Of a DNA stretch of 57,261 nucleotides, positions 1 through 11,700 are shown piece by piece. A program made the translations under genes and the position numbers. Source of the DNA: a virus. Taxonomy: Duplodnaviria > Heunggongvirae > Uroviricota > Caudoviricetes. The notes beneath the pieces are model-generated. The model did no database searches and was not told the DNA's origin. It saw only the letters and a program-made list of their open reading frames with translations. Every line of letters begins with the position of its first letter. Position 1 is the first letter of the stretch. Location: the IMG/VR virus record IMGVR_UViG_3300028591_000088. One strand, written 5' to 3'.

Positions 1-20
1 ATAAATTTATATAAAAATAT

Positions 21-48
21 GGAAGAGGAGGATTATGACTCCTCTTCC
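21..48 (-). terminator. Intrinsic terminator after the MCP 3' exon
   Basis: Perfect 10-bp stem GGAAGAGGAG/CTCCTCTTCC, followed on the minus strand by ATATTTTT, 18 nt after the TGA at 67-69. Confidence 0.8.
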
Positions 49-66
49 CTTATCTTAATCTTATAA

Positions 67-95
67 TCAAACTTCTCTAAGGATAAAGCTTCTGT
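67..95 (-). CDS. Major capsid protein exon 2 (spliced C-terminus (Y)RSFILREV*)
   Basis: Follows the putative terminal G (96) of the intron. AC AGA AGC TTT ATC CTT AGA GAA GTT TGA completes ...AAT CCG T| in frame. Confidence 0.8.
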
Positions 96-1122
96 CAATA
101 TGTTATCGTAAGAGCTCTTTATCTCTTACATCTGTATTTTCCTTTGTTATATACAGTTCAGACTATATCACCATCCATATGGATGTCGGGCACTCATGGT
201 AAGATTATCGCTTGTGATGCTCACCTACTAGTCGTTAGCGGTTCAATATACTTTTACTCACTTCTATTGCTTCCGACGGGATTGTCCACTTCTGGAGGTT
301 CCCCGTTTTTACCCGATTTGCAATCAGCATTACTACTGAAGGCCGCACATTCTGTAATTTTAAAAGTTTTCTTATAAAGATATCCACTATCAGCAGCTTT
401 TCTCATTGAGGAAGTATTTATATTTAACTCTGGAAAAGATTTTGCAAATTCTGTTATAGATATATCCCAGGATTCTCCTGTATATATATTTTCTATATGT
501 CTTATTTTTTGTCTAGCTTTAGATATTTTGTCTCTTGTTTCTTTTCCATAAACCTTTCCTCTATGAAAATTTCCTATCTTTTTCTTAGCTTCTTCAGAAA
601 CTATTCTACCTTTTAGCTTTTCACTAATTTGCTTTTTAGTTTCTTCAGAATGATGTTTTCCAAACATTCCATTACGCTCCCCAAACATTTTTCTTTTTTC
701 TATCCATTCTGGAGTTTGTTTTGTTCCAGTCATATCTGGAGTATAATCAAAATATTGATTAATACATAATGGGTTATTCTCTACAGACTTTAAAAGTCGT
801 ACTTCACCATCATTTGCTAGTTTTCTAGTTTCAAATACCTCTATAATTTCTTTTTTAAGTTCGTTCTTATGCTCTTTTATATAAAGTTTAGTCCAAATTG
901 AACTAGAACCCATATACTTATCATCTTCAATTTCACATTTACAACTTCTAACACCTACATAGAACTCTCCAGTTCTCAAATTCGTAATTTTATAATTATA
1001 ATGATTCATATTACGAATATACCGAAAAATTTTATACTAAGCGAATTTTATTCACGAAGAATGAAAAATTGAAGTAGAATTATACATAAAGTATTAAATT
1101 TCTCTAATTACAAAACTTCTGT
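96..1122 (-). mobile_element. Group I self-splicing intron in the MCP gene, with a homing endonuclease in loop L1
   Basis: 5' exon ends in U (CCGU). IGS UGUGCGG (343-349) pairs with CCGU|ACA through a U.G wobble. Also present: P2 hairpin with GUAA tetraloop (324-339), P3 UCGGGUA/UGCCCGA (310-316/186-192), P4-like ACGGGGAA/AAUCCCGU, P7 GACUA/UAGUC (229-233/161-165) in a GAUAUAGUC context, P8 (172-185), P9 hairpins and a terminal G at 96. Confidence 0.88.
254..1009 (-). CDS. GIY-YIG homing endonuclease with NUMOD3 repeats (251 aa)
   Basis: N-terminal YNYKITNLRTGEFYVG..R...YMGSS; repeats GKHHSEETKKQISE, GRIVSEEAKKKIG, GKVYGKETRDKIS; 3' end overlaps the intron core. Confidence 0.9.
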   Translation of the reverse strand: MNHYNYKITNLRTGEFYVGVRSCKCEIEDDKYMGSSSIWTKLYIKEHKNELKKEIIEVFETRKLANDGEVRLLKSVENNPLCINQYFDYTPDMTGTKQTPEWIEKRKMFGERNGMFGKHHSEETKKQISEKLKGRIVSEEAKKKIGNFHRGKVYGKETRDKISKARQKIRHIENIYTGESWDISITEFAKSFPELNINTSSMRKAADSGYLYKKTFKITECAAFSSNADCKSGKNGEPPEVDNPVGSNRSE

Positions 1123-2515
1123 ACGGATTGAAAACTCCCACACCTGAGTATCCCCAGTTGATTACTTTAGAAGCTGCTACAGGGCTAGATACTTCACCAG
1201 AGCTAAGACCATTACGTCCACCAACACCAATATATTTATTAGTAATGAAGTCTCCACCCTTCAATGTAAACATCTGGATAGGTGGTTCAGCTTCAGTAGC
1301 GTCAGCTGTTAGGTCTAAGCATAAGCAATATGCTTTCTGGAATCCATATTCTCTTGAGAATGTTCTATCTACCTTGAAGGTAATTTGGTTGCCACCATAT
1401 TCATAAGAATCAAATGTAGCACCAACCTTGATATAATCATTAGCCTGCTTGCTATAAATATATGTACCTTCTGTCTTATATTTAGCTAAGAAATCACCAA
1501 GAACTGTTTGGATAAGAGTCCACATTCTTTCGTTGCAGATAAACATGTACTTGTTACCAGTAGGTTTCTTAGCTTTCTCATTCATAGTAGCAATCACCAC
1601 ATTGAATACATCAATAGTAAGTTTAACGAATGCATACTTAGAAGCAAATCTTTCAACCTGTGGGATAATACCATCACCAATATAAATAGGACGACCAGTA
1701 TCTGGGTCACTTATTGTTGGCTTACCGTTTACATCAACGTTAGTCTTATTAAAGAGCAAGCCGTTATTTCTTACATATAGGAAGTTATCAAGAAGATTCT
1801 TCTCTAACTTATCCATTCTATAAATAGTTTCTGTAAGGTTACCTTGTCCCTTACCTTCACCAATAGAAATGAATTTATCTTCGAAAGCTGCATATTGAGC
1901 AGAATAGCTATCATCAACACGGTGAGTTGTGATGTAGTTTCTGTGTTTCTCAATATTTGATTGATATTTTACGTATCCTTCCTCATGCATTTCAGGTACA
2001 GCATTGCTCTGGAATCTTGTAGTCATACCAATTTGGCAACCACTTAGGTCAAGTACTGACTTATAGTCATTGTCAATCAGACGAACAGTTACTTCCCAGT
2101 AATCGTCAGCCTTTCTTACAGGTCTTGCTACAACAAAACATTGCTGTCCAGTTTCATCAATCTTAAAGATATCGTACTTTTCATAGTATCTTTCTTTGAA
2201 AGCCATAACAATTTCTTGTCCATCGGCTCCGTCTGTTTCGGGAACTGCTGCAAATTCAACTCTCTTAATATAGTTGGTTTCAACCTCCCATTCAAAATAC
2301 ATAGCATCAATTGATTGATACTTATTACCTTGTTTTCTATCCTGATAGAAAATATTTCTAAGAGATTCTGTTAAATATGAAGCAGTTAATTCAGGATAAA
2401 GTCTTGAAACAACACCTAACTTATAAGGTTGTGTACCTAAGAATTTATAGAAATCTTCATAAGTACGTGTTTCAGACATTGTAGATCTGTTAGTTACAAA
2501 ATTTGCTACAATCAT
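1094..2515 (-). CDS. Major capsid protein, crAss-like (473 aa unspliced; exon 1 = 1123..2515)
   Basis: Long TAG-free ORF; features recalled from crAss-like MCPs (FEWEV, GDGIIPQVE, GVGVFNPYRSF end); downstream of a scaffold-like gene in a TerL/portal block. Confidence 0.85.
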   Translation of the reverse strand: MIVANFVTNRSTMSETRTYEDFYKFLGTQPYKLGVVSRLYPELTASYLTESLRNIFYQDRKQGNKYQSIDAMYFEWEVETNYIKRVEFAAVPETDGADGQEIVMAFKERYYEKYDIFKIDETGQQCFVVARPVRKADDYWEVTVRLIDNDYKSVLDLSGCQIGMTTRFQSNAVPEMHEEGYVKYQSNIEKHRNYITTHRVDDSYSAQYAAFEDKFISIGEGKGQGNLTETIYRMDKLEKNLLDNFLYVRNNGLLFNKTNVDVNGKPTISDPDTGRPIYIGDGIIPQVERFASKYAFVKLTIDVFNVVIATMNEKAKKPTGNKYMFICNERMWTLIQTVLGDFLAKYKTEGTYIYSKQANDYIKVGATFDSYEYGGNQITFKVDRTFSREYGFQKAYCLCLDLTADATEAEPPIQMFTLKGGDFITNKYIGVGGRNGLSSGEVSSPVAASKVINWGYSGVGVFNPYRSFVIREI

Positions 2516-2541
2516 AGTTAAAATCTTATTTAAAAAGTTAA

Positions 2542-3636
2542 TTAAAAGTCTAAATCCTCAATAGAAGAGACATTCTTCTTCTCCTCTGTCTTAACAGTAG
2601 GAGGAGGAGTAACAACAACGTGTCCCGGCTATATACCTTTCTTTCCATCTTCTAAGCCTTTATTATAAGCTTCTTGTCTTACTTTTTTAATGGATTCTTT
2701 ATACATTGTTGTAATATCATCTATCATTTTGTCCCCATTAAGCGCATACCAAGCCATAGTTACTAATGACTCTGGATCATTGAGAACCTTACCTAAATTA
2801 CTTATGCCTGCTTCGTCACGACCTAAAATAAACTCAGCTAGCTGTTCTTTATCGTCATTCTCTAATTCTACATCAAGTCCAGCAATAGAATTTAGATTAT
2901 CTATTTGTCCTAGTATTACATTAGAAAACTATTGATACTGTTCCTCTTGCTACTGTTGTGCAAGAAGTTCTTGCTACTGTTTATTTTGGTCTTCTAAGTC
3001 CTTGTATTCTTTACGAATACCTTCCATTTGTTTCTTAAAAAGAGCCTCATCTTGTTTAGCATTTTCGAGTGACTTGGATAGCTGTTCTTCAGTTATTCCT
3101 TCCACTCTAGCTTGTAAATCTAAAACAAACAAATCATCATCACTAAGCTCATCCACAGTATATGAAGGCTCAGGTGTTGATTGTTGCTTTAATTGACTGA
3201 GATATTGCTGGGGAGTTAAATTATTACTCCTTAGCATATTTAGAAATTCTATCTCATCATCTGTTAAGTCTGGTTCCTCAGAAGTTTCTTGAGAAGGAGA
3301 CACTACGGGGTCTCTTAAGATATTAAGTTGCTCTTCACGAGTCAAAGTATCCCAAGCACGTTCTTCTACCTCATTATTATCTCCGTCAAACTTAATCTTA
3401 GAAGGATCTAATATTCCTTTTTCTTTAAGTAATGTTTTAATTATATCATCTTCTCCTCCTTGACTATCGGAAGGTGTAGTTTGTTCTCCACTATTTCCAG
3501 TAGGAGGAGTTTCATTCCCAGTTGTTTGGGGCTCCTATTGTGTAGGAGGTTCTTGAGATGGCTCTGTACCACCTTGAGGTAAAGTATCTTGTACTTCTTC
3601 CTCGTAAAAGTCTAAATCATCAATTCCTATTGCCAT
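2542..3636 (-). CDS. Acidic conserved protein upstream of MCP, putative scaffold (364 aa, TAG=Gln)
   Basis: ATG 3636 (MAIGIDDLDF) to TAA 2542 (SIEDLDF*); in frame with ORF 2974..3345; very acidic, coiled-coil-like. Confidence 0.75.
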
Positions 3637-3661
3637 AATTCTTATTATTTATAAAACATAT

Positions 3662-3691
3662 CAAATATAATTAGAATTCTCTGCACTCAAA
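3662..3691 (-). promoter_or_regulatory. Bacteroidetes-type promoter candidate for scaffold/MCP
   Basis: TTTG-N18-TATATTTG (consensus TTTG...TAnnTTTG), about 25 nt upstream of ATG 3636. Confidence 0.55.
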
Positions 3692-3752
3692 ATACTAAAA
3701 CTATTATTTAAATAAATAAAGAATAATAATACTTTAAGTGCAGATTTTCTAA

Positions 3753-4274
3753 TTAATCTATCCATTTCATATCATTTAGACGATTAAGCCATCCATTTAA
3801 AAATTTCTTATTAGCAGGTCTAGAATTAGCAATAGCTGTAAAGTGTTCTTTACGTCTTAACCATAACTTATTAAATAAGGCTTTCTGGTCTGGATAATTA
3901 TTAATAGCCTATAAAGTTTTAGGACCTACAATTCCATCATCCTTGAGTCCTAAAACCCTCTGAGGAAACTTTATTCCATAAGTACCACTAGTCCATAACC
4001 AATCAACTACTAAGTTAGCAATAGATTGACTATTTATCTAGTCTGCTTTCCATCTATCCCAATACATAGTTTTTAGAATATCTATCCATTCTTCCTATGA
4101 GATATTTCTCAAGTCCCTCTATGTAGGAGTTTTCTTACCCTTCTTAGCTCTATAAGCAGTATATACAGCCAAGGTAACTCCTTTCATTGTAGGACCCCCT
4201 GCATCTGCTGGGTCATTTGACCATCCACCTTCCCATTTAAGGATATGTGGAACTAGCTTAGAAACGTTCGCCAT
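3753..4274 (-). CDS. Endolysin, glycoside hydrolase family 108 with peptidoglycan-binding domain (173 aa, TAG=Gln)
   Basis: [24 protein letters not shown] catalytic motif; DGIVGPKTL; FLNGWLNRL; in-frame TAG at 3909, 4038, 4095, 4119. Absent from the ORF track. Confidence 0.92.
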
Positions 4275-4572
4275 ACTTTTTTAAATTCATTATAAGGTCA
4301 ATCATAGATAAAGGTATCTACTTTTGTTTGTCTAAATTATCTATCTGGGTCATTATAATCTTATACTAGTCGGAACTTATATTTATCTCTTTGTTAGGGT
4401 CTTTTTCATAATCCCATTTAATATTGTTACCTACCTCTATATAATTTATCTATCCTTTTTCTTCATCACTTAGTTTTAATTCTCTTACTAAGTCATAAAC
4501 ATCGCACATTTCGACCAAACTTCCCTAAGTTGGAAGTATTTGTAATAAAGATAATCGTTCTTTTATTGTCAT
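4258..4572 (-). CDS. Hypothetical protein (104 aa, TAG=Gln)
   Basis: [19 protein letters not shown]...KKYGERF*; overlaps the lysin start. Confidence 0.75.
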
Positions 4573-4584
4573 AATTTTATTATA

Positions 4585-7500
4585 TTACCAGCTTAGTAAA
4601 TCACTCAGTTCTTTCCATACATACTTAGTTTCAGATTCTCCTACATTTTTTTCTCCCATATACATAAGAAATAATGGTCGTTGTGGAAGCACTACATAAG
4701 AATGTTCATTTGAATTTGGAACATAATGATCACCTATATAGTTATATATTCTTACTCTATTTCCTGGCCATAATATAATTGATCCTAGATTTCCACTAGG
4801 AGTAGGAGTGTCTCTTAATATTGCTATGATTTGTCCTACACGGTCTCCTTCACTTATATACAACCTTATGTTATGAGTGCTAGGTTTTATTATATGTATC
4901 TTTCTTTCTCCTAGACCCGGATATATATAGTATGTTATTTCATCAATGGCTCTATCATAACTTGCCTAATTATACCTCCTCGTTTCTTCCTTAGCATTAG
5001 GATCATAAGTGTAAAAATTTGTCTCCCCATCTACTATAACACTCTCATCTGAAGGATAGTATCTACAACCAACAGTTCCATCTATTCCATATAATAAGTC
5101 TATTCCATTCTATGTAGTATCTGCACTTAATTCATCAATAACAGCAGATAAGTTATTATTATTGACTTTTGGAAGTAAAGCTACTCCATTTTTATCTACA
5201 GATAGAGCACACTATGAAAATCTCTTAGACATAGTACTCTACTCCGCATCTGTAACAATGTATCCAACTTTAAATCCACAATCTCCAAACCATAGTAATG
5301 AATTATCTCCATACATACCTATAAAGTTTGTACCTATTTCGGAGGCTACATTTGTAGAATAGTAAGAGATATGTCCCTACATTGTTACATGATTTGTACC
5401 CATAACACACACCTATATATTTTTTAGAGTATCACTTCCTATTGTATATTGCCAAGACTATAATGAATATAAAGCATATACTTCTTGCGGATTATTGGCA
5501 AAATTTAAAATTAGTATTAGAGGGTACGGAGTAGAAAATCTCTAATAGGCAGAACTATAGTTATTATAAGAAAAGTATCCTCTTAAACTTATAGTCATAT
5601 TAGCTAATCCTATATTTATAGAAGTGACTGATCCAAAGGAAGGAAATGGATATTCTGGGTTATACGTTCCATTATTTATATTCTATATATCCTAAGTTAC
5701 ATCCACAGGCGTCAGATTGGTATAAGAACTCTAGAAGTAAAAATACTATACAGAAGCCTTTGTCCATTTAGTTAGACTGTTCTATGAATTTTCAGCACCT
5801 ACAGGGTCACTAACCATACTCCTTCCTGTAATATTGAGGGCATTATATCCAGAATTAGTCATTATATGTATACCATTTGGCTCTTGTATTTCAATATCTC
5901 CCTTTATGGTAAGTTGCCCATTCTTCTACCAACTTATATTTCTCTGTGCAAGATAACCTTCTCCAGTAGCTTCAAGATTCCAACCATATGTAGTATTACC
6001 ATATATCCCTGAGAATGGCTTATATACTCTATCTCCTGTAAGTTCATTTATATAGTAATATTGAGTCTGAGTTTCTCCATCTACTACTGTAGTTTCACTA
6101 AATAATTCTTGTTCTCTATAGTATTTTTGCCCTTCATACTCATATTCTACCTATATAACTGGAATAGTATTTCCAAATCCGAGGGCAGAATGGATATTAT
6201 TTACTGATATAAACTTAGATACTATTCTTCCATTTGCAAATAAAGCAGTAGCATCAACTTTTCCAGCAAACTCATCTGCAGTAGTAGCTATGATAATACT
6301 ATTACCCCATAATAGAATTCCTGGATTATTATTTGCATCATTACCTATACGCATACCTGCAGTACGGAGTTCTCCTTTTGAATATACACTCTAAGAAAGT
6401 AGTTCATCAGCTTTCTTCAGGTCTTCTTTAAGTATATTCATAGAATTGTAAATAGAATTCTAAGAAGCTATAGCAAATGATATTGCTTCATTTCCTATGT
6501 CAGCAACGGAGCGTCCATTATTTAAATAAAATTCTCCAGTTAAAAATACATTCTAAGCATATAAACCATAACCATAAGGCTATCTATCTATTGGAAATAT
6601 TTCATCTTGTATTCCATCCAAATTACCAAGACGAGCTTTAGTAGTTCTAGTAGAGGCAACCTATAATAAAGCCCTAGTTTCTTCAAGTATTATAGGTTTT
6701 TCTGTCTACTATTCACCACCTTCTAGTCCTTCTGTTACTATTTGTTTCCCATCTTCTGTAAGTATATAGAAAGGTTCATAAGCTTCTCCAAATGCTGTAT
6801 TTTCATCTGGAATTGTATTTAAATAGTATATTACTTCTACTGAATCTCCAGGTATACTTGGAACTGAATTTCCATACGCTAAATAATATACATTATTATA
6901 TTTAAAATATACATATTCACACTTTGTACTATCTTTCTATATATAGTAAGTGCCTGTATAAGGAATATCAGTTAGGTTTCTATAACCAGTAAAAGTACTT
7001 CTATCTACAGGAGTGGTAGTACACAGTTTTATTGTCTGGTAAATAGGTACATAATATATAACAGAATAATCAGGACGATTTACTCCAGAAATAACATCCA
7101 TAAAAGGAGCCCCATTATCTGTAGATGTTATATAGACAGCATTCTATCTTTGGGGATTCCATAGATTTCCTATCTAAACAAGAGAATCATTTATTTCTAC
7201 TTTTCCAATTAGATTTTTCTTCTACTATTCTTGATAGTTTAAGTTTATAAGATTTCCTTCATCATCATAATTAGAGTTTCCTTCTTGACTAGGTTCTTTA
7301 TATAAACTAGATTGTTTATAAAGATCTATATTTACTTCATCCTCTTGTATTGTTGTCTAAGCTTCTAATGAAGAATCATATATAACAGTAGTCTTTTTAT
7401 CAAGTATAGAATCTGCTAACTATATTATATAAGATTTACCTATAATATTACAAACAACTGCATCATAGTATTTTATTCCTCCATAAGTCCATTTCTAGCA

Positions 7501-8772
7501 TCTAAGAATATCTCCTATTTCAAATACAGGAAGTTCATCATCATCAAAAGTTACTATATAGAAGTCTCCTCCTGCAAAATATTTAAAATAAGTATATACA
7601 TTAGATACGGTAAAATCCTAACTCTAGTCCTATAAATAAGCAGCATAATTCTCTCTTGTTATTATAGGAAATATACAATCAAATACAAAATCATAGTCAA
7701 AAAGTCCATATAATCTATATTCAGAAGAACCTAAATCAGTAAAGTAATCATTCTAAGTTAATTTACTACTAAGAATTTTTATAAGTCTTGCATTTTGAAG
7801 ATTACTATTGCTCCAACATTGTTTTATATTTACTCCAGTTCCACTAGCAGTAGAAAAAGCAGCAACAGGATCTGTAAAAGTTTTATATTGTATAGGAATA
7901 GTTAATTTTATAAAGTAGTCTCCTTGATGTCTTGATAAACAGAATTTTTCATATTCAGGTGTATCACTAAAAAATGTATTTTCCTTTATTTCAAGTTTCT
8001 ATACTGACTTTACTTTACCTGCATTTGTAATCCATAGAGAACCATTAGTTGCTGATATTTTATTTACCACGAACTCATACACCTACATCATTTTACGAAC
8101 TATAAGATTATCTATAGTTAGAGTATTAGTATCAGCATCTAATCTCCAACCATACCCACCAAATCCACTTGAAAATTCAGAGGTTCCTATACTTCCATGA
8201 GTTACGATATCTTTATAAAAGAGAGCAGAAGACTCAAAAGTAGTGGGATTTCTAAAAGTCCAAGAACCATTAATTTTTTCATCCTTATTTCTTCTAGTGA
8301 AAGCCTTTCCATCTTCTCCGTTTAAATATTGAGCATTAAGATTTTCAACTAAGTCAGCACTATTTACATAAAGAGGAGGACCATTCTTTACGTATATAGC
8401 CAATCTACCACTCATTGTATCTCCAGAACGTTTTACATAGTCAGTACCTTCAGGAGCCACGTTTACGAGTTCTAATAACTCATTATCTATAAATAAATAT
8501 AATATACTACTTAACTTATCAAAAACAAAAGTACCTTCTTTAAATTCAGTAGTATCTAGTTCTTCTGTTCCATTTACTACTTTTACTCTTGAAGTACTTA
8601 TATTTGGGTCCTCTACAGCTAAGTTTTTAATAACTTCTTCTAGTGTCTAGGACTTATTTCGGGACTTGATGTAGATCTTACCTAGAGATTCTAACACCAA
8701 GTCAGCCGAAATATTTCCTACTATATTGACTCTCTTGCCAAATACTGTATCTGTTCTAATTAAATTATCCAT
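4585..8772 (-). CDS. Large tail/virion structural protein (1395 aa, TAG=Gln)
   Basis: ATG 8772 (MDNLIRTDTVFGKR); ORF fragments 8083, 6151 and 4585 share its frame; motifs LTIDNLIVRK, PFMDVISGVN and ARLGNLDGI..YGYGLYAQNVFLTG resemble Bacteroidetes phage tail proteins. Confidence 0.75.
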
Positions 8773-11700
8773 TTTGTTCTATCCAAGTTTGTGGTACCCA
8801 ACCAGACTCATGCATTCCAATAAATGTAGTAGCGTTAGTAATAGAGCTCTTATTAACCCCTTCTACGTAACCTGAGTAATTTCTAATACGTGTGAACTTA
8901 CTTGTATCAAATAAAGGAATAGAACCTCTTAATAATCTATTATTATTAAACATTCCAGAAACATTAATAATACGAGGATTACTTGGATTATTACTACCTT
9001 GAGGATCAAATAAGATAGATTGAATTATACGTAATCCCTTTTCATAGTCCCTAGCATTAGAAACTTCAAATAGTCTACTAACATTCTATAATTCAGAACA
9101 AGTACTAAATATATCCCAACTTATTTGTGGATTCTATCCTTCATTAGCTTCAAAATAATCTTCCTCATTAAATAGTACATCTTTAAATAACGAGGACACA
9201 TCAGTAAGTTGTGTATTATTAATTAATAAGTCAGAATTAATATCAACTCCAACTTCTATATAGGTATTCTAGAATAGTCCTTCTATAGAAAGTAAGTTTA
9301 CATTATGTTTCAATAAATCTGGAGGATATTTAATACCTCTACACTAAGCTGCTGGATATCTAGGAGTATTAAACTTATAACTATTAAAGTTTACAAATGC
9401 ACAGAAATTAAGTCCAGCAAATACTGAAACAAACTTAGTACTATCAGTAAGTTCTTCAAATAATTTACATGGAAGTCTTCCAACAAGTCCATCTTTACTT
9501 CCAACATTAAGAGTATTTACACCTTCATCGTCAGTAGATATAACAGAAGTAGTATAGCTAAGTCCTGAGAATGCTCCTTGTAAATCACTTTCTGGACTAC
9601 AATATCTAAGATAGTCTGCTGGGAACATATAATTCTAATAACCTATTTCTCTATCTCTAGTATCAGACAGAGCTTCTGCTTGTTCATTATCATAACTAAA
9701 TACTTCATTGTATAGCTAAGGATAATAAGGAGAGTTTACAAGTTCTGGATTTATACTTGCCCAGTCTCGTCCATCTATATAGTATGGGTCATTTCCATCA
9801 AAGTTTGTGAAATCTAACTGGAAGTCTATTCTTGTTCCAGGAACAGAAATAACAGCATCACTCCAAGTAGTTCTCATTTCTATCTTATTTGCAGTATAAG
9901 GAGTTCCTATATTAAGAGTTCTATTTCTAGAATACCCTAACTTATAACAACCATAGAATACAGAACTTATTGTTTCTATTGTATGCTATATCTGCCCATT
10001 CTTTTCCATATAGAAGAACTTGTAAGGAATTGTTCCAAATACTCCAGAATTATAAAGCATTCCTTGAACATTTGTAAGAGAACAATTTATAAATCCTTCT
10101 CCTCTCAACTATATATCTAAGTTATATGTATTATCAAATAGATATGATACGTCTTTTAATGAAGTACAATCTCTAAATAAGGACACGTCTGGGAATGTAT
10201 AAACAGCACCTTCATTAGTAAGAGTATCATTAGAGAAGAATCCAGATACACTATTCAATACAGTACAACCTTCAAATATATTATTCGGAATTGCTGAATT
10301 TGTAAACTTGACTCCTCTGAACACATACTTTGCTTGTAATAATGTACTTCTAAGATTGGTAAACATCTTACTCATTTGAGATAAGTCACATCTCACGTTA
10401 CCTCCACTACTTCCAAATGGAGAGTTTATAACAGTACAACTTACTATTTCATATTCTCCATCAGATTTGAGTCTTCCTCCAAATACATTATCATGAATTT
10501 CTCCTATTAGATTTATTCCCTAATATATAGAAGCATCTATAGTTCTTACAGTAATAGAAGTAGGCCAATGGAATAAGTAATCAAATACTATATCTCCTGT
10601 TGTTTCTGACTCTATTTCCATATTTATTTTAGAACAACCTGAGAACATACCTTTCGGGAATGTAGGAAGGTTTCTAAGATTAGTAAAGAACGTCTTAGAT
10701 TTAAGAGTTCCATTAGGTATAATAGAATCCCTATTTACTAATTCACAACTCTATAAGTTATAACAGTTAGAGAACATATAATCAGCTTCTTGTAACCCTG
10801 CATATCTTCCATTTAGAGGAGCAAATACATTAGTATCTATATACTCCAGAGCTGTACCACTAAATGCATTAGAAGCTTGTTGCAAGTGTGGTAAGAAATC
10901 AAATGTTCCATATGTCATTGTATCTTCTGCATCATAATCTGCTTTTCTAGAGTATATTCCTCCTCTTATAGCAGTACTCTCAGCAAATGAAGTTATATTA
11001 GTTACATTAGGACAATGCCTAAATAAGTCATACTTTATTTCTGCATCTATGCTATTACAATTTATAAACATCTTATTTAAAGAAGTTATATTACTATGTA
11101 ATTTTAGCATAAGCATACTAAAATCATTTCCTGATAAAGAAGTACATCCATTAAACATTTCATCTGTAGAAGAAAGATTAGTGTCAAAAGTTATATTACA
11201 TGCATCGTCCCTATCTATAAATGAAAACTAAATTCCATACTAACTATATATAGAAGGAGAATTTAAAGTAAGTGCAGAACAATCAGAGAATACTCTCGTT
11301 CCTGTAATTATAAAGTTTCCATATAAGAACTACATACTATTACATCCTGCTAAAGCACTAGTAGATAATCTTATAGGTTTATCCTAGTTATTTGGACACT
11401 TAACTCCTTGAATTGTTTTATTATCTGTAAGAACTAAAGTCTATAAATCTTCAAATTGTTCTAGGTCAAGATAACTCGTTGCAGGAGTATTATCATATTT
11501 AAGATAACTAATATTGTTTCCCCCTAAATTAAGCTCTTTAAGAGTAGTCCAACTGGCTTTAGATGGGAATGTAATATCTGTAGTAAGTATTCTATTTAAC
11601 TATACATTTTCTAAGTTAGGAGCACCAACAAGACTTATTTTTAATTCTTGATTATTCTAATTATTGAAACTTACATATTTAAGTCCAGGACAAGCAGATA

